In this document: positions 1 through 13,100 of the stretch, one piece after another
Layout of the letters: each line of letters begins with the position of its first letter
How positions within the stretch are numbered: position 1 is the stretch's first letter
Origin: Octopus vulgaris
Lineage: Eukaryota
Length of the DNA stretch: 64,000 bases
Direction of reading: 5' to 3'
Assembly (NCBI GenBank): GCA_951406725.2
Contig: OX597830.1
Span: 77,252,001 to 77,316,000, forward strand
Notes under the pieces: model-generated
Told to the model about the DNA's origin: nothing
Seen by the model: only the letters and a program-made list of their open reading frames with translations
Databases searched by the model: none
Program-made: the position numbers and the translations under genes

Positions 1-27
1 GTAAACGGAAACTGAAAGAAGCCCGTC

Positions 28-99
<72 letters not shown>

Positions 100-320
100 T
101 TGTTTATATTTGTGTGTGTTTGTGTGCCGCCCCAATATCGCTTCACAACCGATGCTGGTGTATTTACGTCCCCGTAACTTAGCGGTTCGGCAAAAGAGAC
201 CGATGGAATAAGTACTAGGCTTACAAATAATAAGTCTTGGGGTCGATTTGCTCGAATAAAGGCGGTGCTCCATCATGGTCACAGTCAAATGACTGAAACA
301 AATAAATGAGTAAAAGAGTA
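1..320 (+). mobile_element. SINE family A, 3' portion (internal TA/TG microsatellite)
   Basis: Matches full copies at 4746-5178 and 51845-52313 (ggaaactgaaagaagcccgtcg ... cttagcggttcggcaaaagagaccga ... gactgaaaca). Confidence 0.85.
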
Positions 321-454
321 TCTCCCTTGTAGTAACTGTTCGCTAAGTTACGCCAGCTTAATATTGTCATTATTTACCTGGAGTTTAGAATATTAATTAG
401 CATGAAATTGTAATGCAAAGTCTTGATTTAGACCATTTTGATATTGGTTTCAAA

Positions 455-660
455 TTCTTGCACAAGGCCAGAAATTTCGAGGGAAGGAGTAAGTCGATTA
501 CATCGACCCCAGTGCTCTACTGATACTTGTTTTATCGACTCCGAAAGAGATGAAATGCAACGTGGACCTCGGCAGCATTTGAATTCAGAATGTGAAGACG
601 GACGAAATGCCGTTAAACATTTTGCCTGGAGTGGTAACGCTTCTACCAGCACATCACCTT
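455..660 (-). mobile_element. SINE family B, diverged, tail type 1
   Basis: Core tcgattacatcgaccccagtg ... cgaaagrgatgaaa ... cctcggc shared with other B copies. Confidence 0.75.
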
Positions 661-852
661 TAAAGATCATTTTAATATTAGGCATTTATATCATAGAACA
701 ATGCCTGGTTTTCTACGATTTGGAATCATTAAGGGTCATTGGTACCAGTTCGGTTAATCTGTTGGTAGAGATTTGTCAAACGTAAAGCAATATCTGTAAA
801 ACACTTCGCCATTACACGTTACCTCGTATCATCGCTCACTGACAGTCTAGAC

Positions 853-1071
853 CAGTGCTTTTCAAGATTATTGCTGGAGTGGAACCCCAAGGAAACATTC
901 CACTGACTCGAGGAACCCCTGTTCAATAATTTAATAGTCTTATGCACACATATCTGCACAGGAGAATTAAAAATTACTGCCGATTTTAGCAGTTTTGTAA
1001 CTTCTTGCGGAACTCCTGGACTGTACTGGCGGAACCCTAAGATTCCACAGAACCCTGGCTAAAAACCACTG
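853..1071. mobile_element. hAT (Charlie-type) MITE with 8-bp TSD
   Basis: Termini CAGTG...CACTG. Perfect TSD GTCTAGAC at 845-852 and 1072-1079 fits the NTCTAGAN Charlie target consensus. Confidence 0.85.
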
Positions 1072-1079
1072 GTCTAGAC

Positions 1080-1402
1080 CAATAGTTCTCAACCGAAGTC
1101 CATATGACTCCTGGAGGTCCATAAAAGATTTTAGCGTGTATGTGTGTGTGGAGGGGGACTCAGTAGTATATTAAGGGTCCATTTTGATTTAGATGTATAT
1201 ATTGGACGAAACAACTAGGTTTCATTCTCTAACGTTTTATATGGTTCAACCTACACAAATTAATGATTGAAAAACGAAATGGGAGTTTTGAAAGAAGTGT
1301 TTAACAAACTAGCTTTTGAACACTGAATGGTTATACCGTCCACCAGAACAAAATCAAATCAAATCAAAGGTGTTCACAGACAGATGATAGTTAAGAAACC
1401 CT
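1080..1402. mobile_element. Older degraded hAT-like MITE
   Basis: Starts caatagttctcaacc and ends ~gttaagaaaccct (degenerate TIRs), with internal gggtcc motifs. Confidence 0.5.
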
Positions 1403-1474
1403 TTGTCGCGTGGATGATATTGATGGAGATGAAGATAATGTGTATGGTGATGGAGAATGGAATGGAATCCAATT

Positions 1475-2239
1475 TACCACCACTTTCATTACCACTACCA
1501 CAACTACCTCCAGTACCTCTACTGGCTCACCACTGCTACCATTACCACCACCACCAACACCAGCACCACCACTTCAACCAACGCCACAACCACTGACACA
1601 ACTACTACTGTTACTATCATCACCACTACATCGATATCGACACTACCACCACTACCGCGACAACCAGCATCAGTATCACCACCACCACCAACGCAACCAC
1701 AACCAGCACCACCACAACCAGCACCACCACAAGCAGAACCACAACCACCACAACCAGCACCCTCACCACCAACACAACCAGCACCACCACAAGCAGAACC
1801 ACTACCACCACAAGCAGAACCACTACCACCAGTACGACCACAACCACCACAACCAGCACCCTCGCCACCAACCACCACAACCACAACACAACCACCACAA
1901 CCACCAGCAGCAGCACCACTACCACCACCACAACCAGTACCACAATGACCACAACAACCAGCACCACCACAACCAGCACCACTACCACCACCACCACCAC
2001 CAGCCCCAGCACCACAACCACCATCACTACAACACAACCACCGCTACCACCACCACAACCAGTACCACCACAACCACCACAACCAGCACGCAATAATCAA
2101 CACTACCACCACCACCACCACCACAACCACCACACCCAGCACCACCACAGCCGCTACCACAACCACCACAACAACCATCACTACAACCACCACTACCATC
2201 ACCAGCACCAGTACCATCACCACCACCACCACTACTACT
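1475..2239. repeat. CCA/ACA-rich cryptic repeat with higher-order units
   Basis: Recurrent ccaccacaaccagcac and caagcagaaccac units. Confidence 0.9.
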
Positions 2240-2912
2240 GTTTTACATAAAATCAAAAATGTTTTTATTTTATTTTAAAACAAAGAACTGAAACTTATTG
2301 TTTATCATATTTTTAATTTTAATTGCTCTTTCATTTAAATTCTTTTCTTTTCTTTCTTCCTATATTTCTTTCTTTCTCCCAAGTTTCTTCATTTTTTTTT
2401 GCTTTTTTATTTTGTTTGTTTGTATATTTATTTGCTTACATGGTTCTTGGCATTTAATTTAGAAATATTACCTCTCTGCGAGGTATTCCCAACACTCTTG
2501 AAATCATGGGATTTTAATGATTCCATTCGAGCTGGCAGGAATAAGAAAAACGGTAAAAGGGCAATATTTACAAAAGACTCACAGCATACATTCGTTTTAA
2601 ATTTTTGATTTAATTTTGAGGAATAAGAAACAAAAAAAAAAAAACGTATAGGAACAAAAACAAAAGAGAAAGAAAAAAAAAACAGAGTAAAAAATCTAAT
2701 AGTTATTTAAACAAATAAATTGAAATAAATAAATTGAAACAGATAACGAAATAATTACGTTTAAAAAAGAAATTTAAAATTCCAACAATTTTTGTTAAGA
2801 ACACAGAAAATAAAATTATGCCAAAAATTAAAAAAAACACGAAATAATATTGTGAAACATTATATTCTTTTGTTCACATGTACAAACATAGAGAAAATAA
2901 TTATATAAATAT

Positions 2913-3169
<257 letters not shown>

Positions 3170-3304
3170 AAAGAGTCAATTTTTTTTGCTTTTTGTTCGG
3201 TCACGCAAAAGTTTTAAAAAAAATTTCTCACGGTTCCGTCTGTATAAGTTCTGACATTTCAATATGGCATTAATTTTATTAAACATAAAAGTGATTATAA
3301 TTAT

Positions 3305-3500
3305 TTCTTCTATAGGCACAAGGCCGGAAATATTGGTTGGGGAGGGTTAGCCGATTCCAACGACCCCAGTGCACACCTAGTACTTGTTTCACTGAATCCG
3401 AAAGAATGAATGGCTAAGTCAACTCAGATCGTATAAGGCAGGCGAAATGCCGCTAAGCATTTTGCCTAGAGAGCTAACGATTCTGCCAGCTCTCTGCCCT
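3305..3500 (-). mobile_element. SINE family B, diverged, tail type 1
   Basis: ggcacaaggcc ... cgaccccagtg ... gaaatgccgctaagcatttt ... ttctgccagctc. Confidence 0.75.
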
Positions 3501-3552
3501 AATAACAAGAACAACAAATAGAACTACAAAAAGAACAGCAACTATGATAATA

Positions 3553-3630
3553 TAGTAATTCCTCGACTATCGCGGTTATTACGTTAAACCCGCGATAGGT
3601 GGAAATCCGCGAAGTAGAAACAGTACTGTA
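3553..3630 (+). mobile_element. Tigger/pogo-like MITE, left part
   Basis: tagtaattcctcgactatcgcg ... cgcgataggtggaaatccgcgaagtagaaacagtactgta, homologous to 54462-54693. Confidence 0.6.
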
Positions 3631-4745
3631 CTTAAATCCTTAAATCCTTAAAAATGTTTTAGCCCAAAGGCCGCGATTTTATTATTGTTTGTTCCTTCTC
3701 AAGCCATGCCTGGTGGTGGTGGTAGTGGTGGTGGTGGTGATGATGATGATGATGTCGGTGGTGCTGATGATGGTGCTGCTAATGGTTGTTTGAGTTGGTG
3801 TTTAGTTTTAGCTTTGGTTGCGGTAGAAGTTGTGATGGTGGTGGTGGTGATGGTGGTGGTGGTGTTCGTCGTCGTCGTCAATGTCGTGTTGGTCATGATG
3901 GGAGCCATGTCTATAATATTTTTGTTGTATGGCAAATATTTAAAATTCTTCAATAAAATTATATTTTATTCAACATTATCAATAATGTAAGAGGAAAATG
4001 AAAAAAATTTTATGAAAAAGCTTAAAATTCTTTTCAAAAGATTAATTGTTATTTCATATTCTTGTTCTCTCAATATTTATTACATTATTGCAACACATGT
4101 ATGTATGTATGTGTGTATGTATTTATATATGTATGTATTATGCATACATACATGTATGCATATATGTACACATGTATATATGCTTGTATGACAGTATATA
4201 TATCTCTGTGTGTGTGTATTTATGTATGTTTATATGTATGTACGTATGTATGTATGTATGTTTCCCTGCATGTATGTATTATGCATACATGTGTGTATGT
4301 ATGTATGTATGTATGCATGTATGTATGTATGTATGTATGTACGTTTGTATGTATGTATGTATGTATGTATGCATGTATGTATGAAACCACGAATGTATGT
4401 ATGCACATATATATATATATATATATATATATCGCTGTGAATTTCATTGTGTGCATTTATGTATGCGTGTATGTATACATGTATCTATGAGTTTACTGGT
4501 GTCTTTTTTAATATACGAATGAATATGAATATGTATTTGTGCATGAGTGTGTACGTATATTTGTATGCGCCTATGCACACATGCTTGTAATTTCTTTTTA
4601 ATTGTTTTGAATATCTTCTGCAGAAGGCGGTGGAGAATAACAAAATAGAATAAAAATGCTCCGGCGCTACAATTTGTATCAGAACAATATTGATAAATCT
4701 CAGAAATGTCTCGCAAATTTTTACTATTCCAGTTACAATATGCAT

Positions 4746-4963
4746 TTACTTTTTTTACTTGTTTCAGTCATTTGTTTGTGGCCATGCTGGAGCACCGCCT
4801 TTAGTCGAACAAATCAACCCTAGGACTCATTATTTGCAAGCCTAGTACTTATTCTCTCGGTCTCTTTTGCCGAACCGCTAAGTTACGGGGGCGTAAACGC
4901 ACCACCATCGGCTGTTAAGCGATGTTGGGGGGACAAACGCAGACACACAAAAACATACACACA

Positions 4964-5011
<48 letters not shown>

Positions 5012-5178
5012 TACGACGGGCTTCTTTCAGTTTCCGTCTACCAAATCAATTCACAAGGCTTTGGTCGCCCCGCGGCTATACTAGAAGACACTTGCCCAAG
5101 GTGCCATGCAGTGGGACTGAACCCGGAACCATGTGGTTGGTAAGCAAGCTACTTACCACACAGCCACTCCTGCGCCTA
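4746..5178 (-). mobile_element. SINE family A, full length
   Basis: tRNA-like head with A box TGGCTGTGTGG and B-box-like GGTTCAGTCC, internal microsatellite, multicopy in the window. Confidence 0.9.
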
Positions 5179-5207
5179 TGCGTAAGAGATAATGAGTGAG
5201 AGACATT

Positions 5208-5306
5208 TGTGGTGAAAGAGTACAGTAAGGTTCACCACCACCCCCTGGCGGAGTCTCGTGAAGCCTTTGGTATTTTTTACTCAATCAACACTCATAACAC
5301 CCGGTC
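5208..5306 (-). mobile_element. SINE family C fragment
   Basis: Reverse complement matches the gaccgggcgttgtgagtg ... cagggggtggtg ... tgtactctttcaccac segment of family C. Confidence 0.65.
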
Positions 5307-5765
5307 AATGTAATCGACTTACTTGCTTCCTTGGAATCACTGGCTCTCAAAGTGGTTGCCTGGTGCCAAAATTTGAAGCCAGTATTATCATCACATTCTA
5401 GTTTACAGGAAACATTTTTGAACGTAGTGTTTTTCTGAATGCGGAATATTTCCCTTCAGCGTCTTTGCTGAGGGATGCTAATTCTCCAATTCGTGGTTTA
5501 CAGTTTTCCTACTGATAACATGGTATATAAGGGGCATGAAAAGTTTTGGCATAGCCATTTTGCCTCCGCCTATTCGGCGTCACTGATTCGACGCTGACTT
5601 ATTTGACATCAGACGTTTTAATATTTCTCACGTTTTCCTCTGCCCTCAATCTTTCTCTCTCTCGTTCCCTCTCTGGTTATGCATCTGACCATATTTCACT
5701 TTATGTGTATGACAGGGCAAGTGCTTAGGTAAACGGTGCGTAATTAATAAATTATAATGCTTCTC

Positions 5766-5807
<42 letters not shown>

Positions 5808-6469
5808 TGTCTTTCTTTCTTTCTCTTTCTTATTCAGTCTTTCTATTGGTATGTGGATATAACTGCGCACGCGTGTATGCATGTGTGTGAGTGTGTGTGC
5901 GTGTGTATGTGTGCTTGTGTGTGTGAGTGAGTGTGTATGCGTTTGTGTGTAGGACTTAGTCTGAGTGAGTGTTTGCATGTGCATGCGCGCGTGTGTATGT
6001 TTGCATTCAGTGCCAAAACATACTGCCGTTATAACAGGTTGGATGTCCAGTCAGCCGTGCTAAATCGGTAGCGTTGAACCAGCTACGCCTAATCGTCAAC
6101 TTGATGTTAGTTTTGAAGACAACTGCTCATCACGTGTATAATTTGTTCTCACAGAATTGTGAACAAATCAATATTTCCGCTTGTATATTGAAGTATAAAT
6201 GATCCACTCCCGCCACTATTCTTTGATACTTCGTAGGTACTTCTTATTCTTGGATTGCAGGCAGCAGCATAACTATGAAAATTTGCCGCGAGGTATCAGC
6301 TGCGAATCCAAGAGAGGCTGCCCTATGTTATATTACTTAGTATCATTCTCAAGTTTACAGTAAACACAAGCAGGTAAAATGTATCTTTCATATGCTGAGT
6401 GCTTTTCTTCAAGTTTTCTCTTGAGATACCATTACGTATACGCTGAGTATATTTAGTTTATACTTGTGG

Positions 6470-6770
6470 GTGTAGAAGCACATGGCCTAGTGGTTAGAGC
6501 AGCGGACTCGCGGTCGAAGGATCGGGGATTTGAATCTCAGACCGGGCGATGTGTGTGTTTATTAGTGAAATACCTAAGCTCCATGCGGCTCCGGCAGAAG
6601 ATAAAGACGAACTTCTGCCACATTTTCTCTCACTCTTTCCTCCTGCATGTAGCAGCTCACCTGCGACAGACCAGTATCCCGTCCAGGTGGGAAACCTATA
6701 CGCCAATGCCAAGGAAATCGGGGAAACCGGCCCTTATGAACCAGGCATGGCTCGAGAGGGAACAAACAAC
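6470..6770 (+). mobile_element. tRNA-derived SINE family C with tail type i (RTE-like end)
   Basis: Head tggcctagtggttagagcagcggactcgcggtcg. Ends ggaaaccggcccttatga ... ctcgagagggaacaaacaac. Confidence 0.8.
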
Positions 6771-6787
6771 ATACTCGTTGATGTATG

Positions 6788-6973
6788 CGTAATTGGAAGC
6801 ACGACTTCGTTCATAATCAAGTAAGTATCTCAGTGTCCGTAGACACTGTTGATACACGAGTAAGCTACCCTAGACTCTATCGTAATTGGAAGCACGACTT
6901 CGTTCATAATCAAGTAAGTATCTCAGTGTCCGTAGACACTGTTGATACACGAGAAAGCTCACCTAGACTCTAT
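6788..6973. repeat. 93-bp tandem duplication (2 units)
   Basis: 6788-6880 and 6881-6973 are nearly identical. Confidence 0.95.
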
Positions 6974-7763
6974 CTTAGTGTCCTTGTCATTAAAATATTT
7001 CGATTCTATTGCATCCTGCAAATAATTACACAAACGCATACACATACTACATACACATACTTATATATGAGCAAATATATGGGTATACACATATATATAT
7101 GCGTACGTAGTCGTGTATATATGTGTACGAAATTGTGTATAATGTATTTATAAAATGATGTATTATCGTATTCTTTTCGTAACGATATTTTTTCATATTC
7201 TCAATCATTTCTGTAATTTTGCTATATTTTCTTGTTATTTTATCATTTATCGTAGAAATTACACAGTACGCAATACTGTAGTATATATTAGCTGTGGAAT
7301 TTGGCGTGTGTGCGCATGTATGCATAGAAACACACGTATATGTGGATGCAAGTGTGTCCATGAGCACATATATATATATTAGTAATAATACATATATATA
7401 CATACGCACACACACACACACAAACACACATATATATATGGATGTATGTATGCACGTACATTTATGTACAATACTTATATTCTCACATAATACGCTCTTC
7501 GAAATGGCTACGGAAATTCGTATGAAGCAATTTAGACGTTTTGCACGTAAAAAAAACATAAAACATAAAACAAACGAATCAAAAATTGCACTGTTCAATT
7601 TCACAATCGAAAACTTCATATAACACATACATACCTACATACATACATGTATATATACATTTTTTTTTTGGTGTTCTGTCCCCATATATAAGCATTTATA
7701 TTTACATATAGATGTAGGTATGTACATATATGTATGTATATATGTATATGTTTTATTATTTTG

Positions 7764-7854
<91 letters not shown>

Positions 7855-8677
7855 GTGTATATATATATATACATATATATATATGTGTGTGTGTGTGTGT
7901 GTATATGTATGTATACATATATATATATGTGTATGTATTTATATATATATATATATACATATACGTATATATATATATATACATATGTATATATATCTAT
8001 GTATATATAAGTGTGTACGTGTTCGTTTATTCGTGGGCGGAAGCGGGGTGCGCCGGCGCTAGCACGTGTGTCTGTGTTGTGTATGTGTGACTCTATCGAT
8101 TTCCATCTAAAATAATGCCATGCATCATATTCCTTTTTTAGTGTGACGGCTGTAAATACATACCTCACGATATAGAAATTTCCAGACAAACTATATCAGT
8201 ATCTACATCTATTTATCTATCTACACACACACACACCTATATATATGCATATATGTATGCATGTGTGTGTATGTGTGCATTCATGAAGTTATATGTGTGT
8301 GTATACACACACACACTTATATAATCATATTTCTGGCTGCCTTTCTCCTCACAGTAGCAATGGCAATTTTCTATAGGAATCGAAAAGCGTCATTATAACG
8401 TTCCAGATGACAGTAAAAAAAAGCACATCTGAAAAAAAAAAAAAATATGTATATATATTTGAACATATTTTGTTGCAAATCAAGTCAACACTCGGACCAA
8501 GCACGCACAGATATTTTTTGTTTGCGAAGTTAGTTATTAATTGCGTGTAGTTGTGAATTGCTGTGGTATGGAAAGATATTTCCGAACATGCACACGCACG
8601 AAAATCTACGACAAAATACTGCTCTGACAAAATACCACCAACATACTACGACAAAATACCACCAACAATATATATTT

Positions 8678-8980
8678 GTGGAGGCGCAATGGCGCAGTGG
8701 TTAGGGTAGCGGACTCGCGGTCGGAGGATCGCGGTTTCGATTCCCAGACCGGGCGTTGTGTGTGTTTATTGAGCGAAAACACCTAAAAGCTCGACGAGGC
8801 TCCGGCAGGGGGTGGTGATCCCTGCTGTACTCTTTCACCACTGTTTCTCCCACTCTTTCCTCTGTTAGCCTGCTCGCTTAGCCAGCGGAGTGGCGTCATT
8901 CAAAGGCTAAAAAAAGCAATGCGAACGCATTGTGACCAGCGATGTGTAACAACATCTGATGGTCTGGTCGGTCTCGTGAT

Positions 8981-8987
<7 letters not shown>
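8678..8987 (+). mobile_element. SINE family C (tRNA-Arg-like head, reminiscent of octopus OR SINEs), tail type ii
   Basis: A box TGGCGCAGTGG, B box GGTTTCGATTCCC. Homologous over its full length to 57311-57615. Confidence 0.88.
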
Positions 8988-9030
<43 letters not shown>

Positions 9031-9036
<6 letters not shown>

Positions 9037-10143
9037 TTTGCAGTTTTTTCGATAGCATGAACCAAAAGTCGGAGGAGATAAACTACTTACATCAACTTGC
9101 TATAAAAACAGGAAGTAATTTTAATTTGTACTTATTCTTGGTGGAAGTTTTAAAGAGTGCAGTCGATTTAAAGAGTTATTTTTTCAAAGCTATAATGGAA
9201 GTGACAAAGGAGCATATTCGGGATATTTTGCTTTATGAACTCAATAAAGGCAACCACGCAACGGAAAGTGCGAGGAATATTAATGCAGTACATTAATGGG
9301 GATCGATAATAAGTGTATGCCAGGGTCAACGGTGGCTACAGAAATTACGAACCGGAAGCTGCAGCCTCGAACACGAACCTCGTCCATTTAGCGACACCTG
9401 CTTGCCATCGAAAAAGTCAGCAAATTGGTCAATGGGTTCTTCACAAATTTTCTTGCACTTAGGGAGTGAATGTGTGCTCTTCTTTGCTGTCACGTCTCAT
9501 GAATGAACCTTTTTTGTACCACATAGTGACTGGTGACGAGAAATGGGTCTCTATAAAAATGTCAAGCACCAAAGACAGTGGGTAGGGAAAGGAGAAACAC
9601 CATCACCCCATGCTAAAGAAGGTCTTCACACACGTAAGGTTTTGTTATCTCTTTGGTGGGATAGGAAAGATTTAGTCCACTTTTAAACCCAAACCAAACG
9701 ATCTACTGTGAGCAGCTTGAACGGCTTAAGTTAGTGCTTGAAGAAAAACGACCATCTGTTCTTCCATTAGGATAATGCTCGGCCACATACAGCGTGGAAG
9801 ACATTCCAAAGGCTGGAACAGTTTGAATGGGAAACGATGCCTCACCTGCCATCTTCGCCGGACATTGCCCCATCTGATTATCATTCATCCTGCAGTTTTT
9901 AAAATCATTTGGACGGAAAGAATATGAATTCTGTAGACGAGGTCAGAACAGTATGGAAGAGTATTTTTTGTTACGGTCAAGTGAATTTTGGAAGACGGGC
10001 CTTGCAAGTTTTTCCAGATAGATGGAAGACCATTGCAGAAAATGAAGGCGAGTATATTTTTTGATTAAAAAAAGAACTTTATCTTAATTTTGAAAAATAA
10101 AGGAAGTATAAAAAAACCGCATTATTTATGGTATGACCCAATA
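9031..10143 (+). pseudogene. Decayed mariner transposon with transposase remnants
   Basis: Motifs in shifting frames: MEVTKEHIRDILLYE, QWVLH, VTGDEKW, DNARPH, SPDIAPSDY. Right TIR ...attatttatggtatgacccaata. Confidence 0.85.
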
Positions 10144-10197
10144 GTTACTGTGTATTTGTGTGTGTGTGTGTGTGTGTGCCCCTGTGTGTATGTGTGT

Positions 10198-10450
10198 GTG
10201 GAGGCATGTGGACTAGTATTTGGATTGTTGGACTCAAGATAGTAAGATTGTTGTTTCGATTCCTGGACCAGGCGACGCGTTGCTTTTTTGAGCAAGACAC
10301 TTCATTTCACGTTGCTCCAGTTCACACAGCTGGCAAAAATGACTAAACCTGTGATGGACTGGCGTCCCATCCAGGGTGGTAAATATATATACGCTACGGA
10401 ATCAGAGAAATTGGCCTATGTATCTATAAGACTGGGGAAGGACCCTTATC
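10198..10450 (+). mobile_element. Diverged tRNA-derived SINE with cctgtgatggactggcgtcccatccaggg core
   Basis: B box gtttcgattcc, ttgagcaagacac linker, conserved-domain-like core, RTE-like tail. Confidence 0.65.
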
Positions 10451-10775
10451 CTTTTTTACATCTATGTATGTACTTATATATGTGTGTGTATGAGTGTGTG
10501 TTAGAGTGTGTATGTTAGTATGTATGTCTACGTCATGTGCGAGTGTTTTTGTTTTTGTTCTCCCAATGCTTAATACGTAGTGTTGGTTTGTTTATATCCC
10601 CGGCGCTTAAAGGTTCAGAGCGATTGAATAAGTACTCCGTCTTGCAAAGCATAAATACTGAGGTCGCTTGTATTCGACTAAACTTTTCAAGAGAGATCCA
10701 GAGCATGGTCGCGTTACAGTTTACAGTGAAACATGTAAAAGGATAAAAGATAGATGGATGTTTATGTATATGAGT

Positions 10776-10823
<48 letters not shown>

Positions 10824-11135
10824 TTACGAAGCCCCAGAGAAGGAGAGAGAAAAAGAGAGAGAGAGAGAGAGAGTGTGTGTGTGTGTTCAACTTTACATTG
10901 ATTCATTCCTTCATTCCTTATGTTCCTTCTAAGGCCGACAGATCTCTCGTTCTCTCTACGTTTCACTCACTCTCTCTGCCTTTCTCTCTTCCTTTCTTCC
11001 TACCTTTTTTTCTTTCTTTCTTTCATTTCTTTCGTTAATGATACTTCTCCATTGATTCTCTCTTCCCCATCTCTATTTCTCCAGAATTAAAAATTTAAAA
11101 GTACTCATACATGCTTACAAGCCCGCTCAATAACA

Positions 11136-11192
<57 letters not shown>

Positions 11193-11609
11193 TCGTATAT
11201 GAGTGTGTGCACATGTGTGTTTGTGTATGTCTATACCTGACCATGTGCGTGCGCAGTGTGCGGGCGTGCGTGTGTTCGTTTTAAGCTGGTTTGATGGCTT
11301 CATAATCTTATCGTTTCTCAATCCTAGAAATTTGTCCTTAATCAATTGCCGGGATTTGGTCAGTTGGTCATTAGTTAACTAAATGTCAAAATGATAGCCA
11401 CAACGTATCGCCATTGACAATGATGTATTATATAACTTGTTAGGATTTTATGGTGATCCTAATATGTCTGACAATCCGCAGCATCAGAAATAGACTTAAT
11501 GAAAAATGTTTCATTATCGGACAAAAATTCCTGAAACACTGCATCCAAATGTCATTCAACCGCATTGATGTCTTCATATTCTGTTATCATGGAATCCTAT
11601 AACGAAATA

Positions 11610-11845
11610 CCTATTTCTTTACTACCCACAAGGGGCTATACACAGAGGGGACAAACAAGGACAGACAAACGGATTAAGTCGATTATATCGATCCCAGTGC
11701 GTAACTGGTACTTATTTAATCGACCCCGAAAAGATGAAAGGTAAAGTCGACCTCGGCGGAATTTGAACTCAGAACGTAACGGCAGACGAAATACGGCTAC
11801 GCATTTCGCCCGGCATGCTAACGTTTCTGCCAGCTCGCCGCCTTA
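11610..11845 (-). mobile_element. SINE family B, full length, tail type 2, 9-bp TSD
   Basis: A-box-like TGGCAGAAACG, B box GTTCAAATTCC. TSD AACGAAATA at 11601-11609 and 11846-11854. Confidence 0.9.
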
Positions 11846-11879
11846 AACGAAATATTATCGTCCACTAGTTATTCTGGTT

Positions 11880-12168
11880 GAAAGTTCCGTGGCTTAGTGG
11901 TCAATGTATTCGGTTCACTATCGTAAGATCGCGAATTCTATTCCTGCGGCGCAAGACACTTTATTTCGCGTTGCTCCAATCCACTCAGCTAGCAAAATTG
12001 AGTTATACATGTATTTCAAAGGGCCAGCCTTTACACATCCTGTGTCACGCTGAATCTCCCTGAGAACAACATTAAGGCTCAGCCACTTGCACGTTAATTT
12101 CATGAGTAGGCTGCTCTGTTGAACGGATCAACAGGAACCCCCTTCATCGTAAGTGACGGAAAGCCAGT
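11880..12168 (+). mobile_element. Diverged tRNA-derived SINE
   Basis: A box gtggcttagtgg. gcaagacactttatttc ... gttgctcca ... cagct shared with the 10198 element. Confidence 0.6.
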
Positions 12169-12266
12169 ATTCTGCTCAACACTACACCATCTTCTTTCCT
12201 AGCATATTATTTCGAAGCCTGACTAATCTACTATCTTCAATTATTTTTACACATATAGAATAACCC

Positions 12267-12498
12267 ATTTCTTTATTACCCACAAGGGGCTAAACACAGA
12301 GGGGACAAACAAAGACAGACATGGGTATTAAGTCGATTACATCGACCCCAGTGCGTAACTGGTACTTAATTTATCGACCCCGAAAGGATGAAAGGCAAAG
12401 CCGACCTCGGCGGAATTTGAACTCACAACGTAACAGCAGACGAAATACCGCTAAGCATTTCGCCCCGCGTGCTAACGTTTCTGCCAGCTTGCCGCCTT
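12267..12498 (-). mobile_element. SINE family B, full length, tail type 2
   Basis: Highly similar to 11610-11845. Confidence 0.9.
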
Positions 12499-12858
12499 AT
12501 ATATATATGACACCTATAGAGTAACGTTTACTATAACTTAGCTGCTACGGATAGCAGATCAGGCAATCAAGCACAGGTTCAACATACCTAGACTGCAATT
12601 CTGCACATTGCACACCGCACACTGCAATCTGCACACATGCACATTAAGCGTAACATGTAAGATTCTACATTGTCGTCTTCAGCGAGGTAGAAGTATGGCA
12701 TATCGGGAGGTATAGGGACTTAGCTGCTAGGTGTAATAGATCAATCTTCCACGCAGAGGCGCAACATAATCTGACTGCAATTCTACATACTCCACACGTA
12801 CATGTTAATCGTAACGTGTCAAGTTCCACAATCTGGTCTTCTCCCATATTGGAATGTG

Positions 12859-12892
<34 letters not shown>

Positions 12893-12959
12893 TCACACAC
12901 ACACACACACTCACACACACACACATGCACACACTCACACACACACACACAGACACACA

Positions 12960-13100
12960 TATACGACGAGCTTCTTTTAGTTTCCGTCGCAAAATTTTGG
13001 TCGGCCCGAGCCTATAATTCAAAACATATGTCCAAGATGCCATGCAGCGGGACTGAACTCTGAAACATGTAATTCGGAAGCGAACATCTTACCACACAGT
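12960..13100 (-). mobile_element. SINE family A, 5' half
   Basis: acgacgagcttctttt ... gggactgaac ... cttaccacacag. Confidence 0.7.

Noticed and set aside
1327-2256. Pro/Gln/His/Thr-rich ORFs resembling mucin or extensin
   Set aside because: Open in nearly all frames because CCA/ACA repeats lack stops. No non-repetitive domain or splice support.
8678-8750. tRNA gene call for the family C head
   Set aside because: A and B boxes are present, but it is multicopy with SINE body, tails and TSDs, and lacks a convincing acceptor stem.
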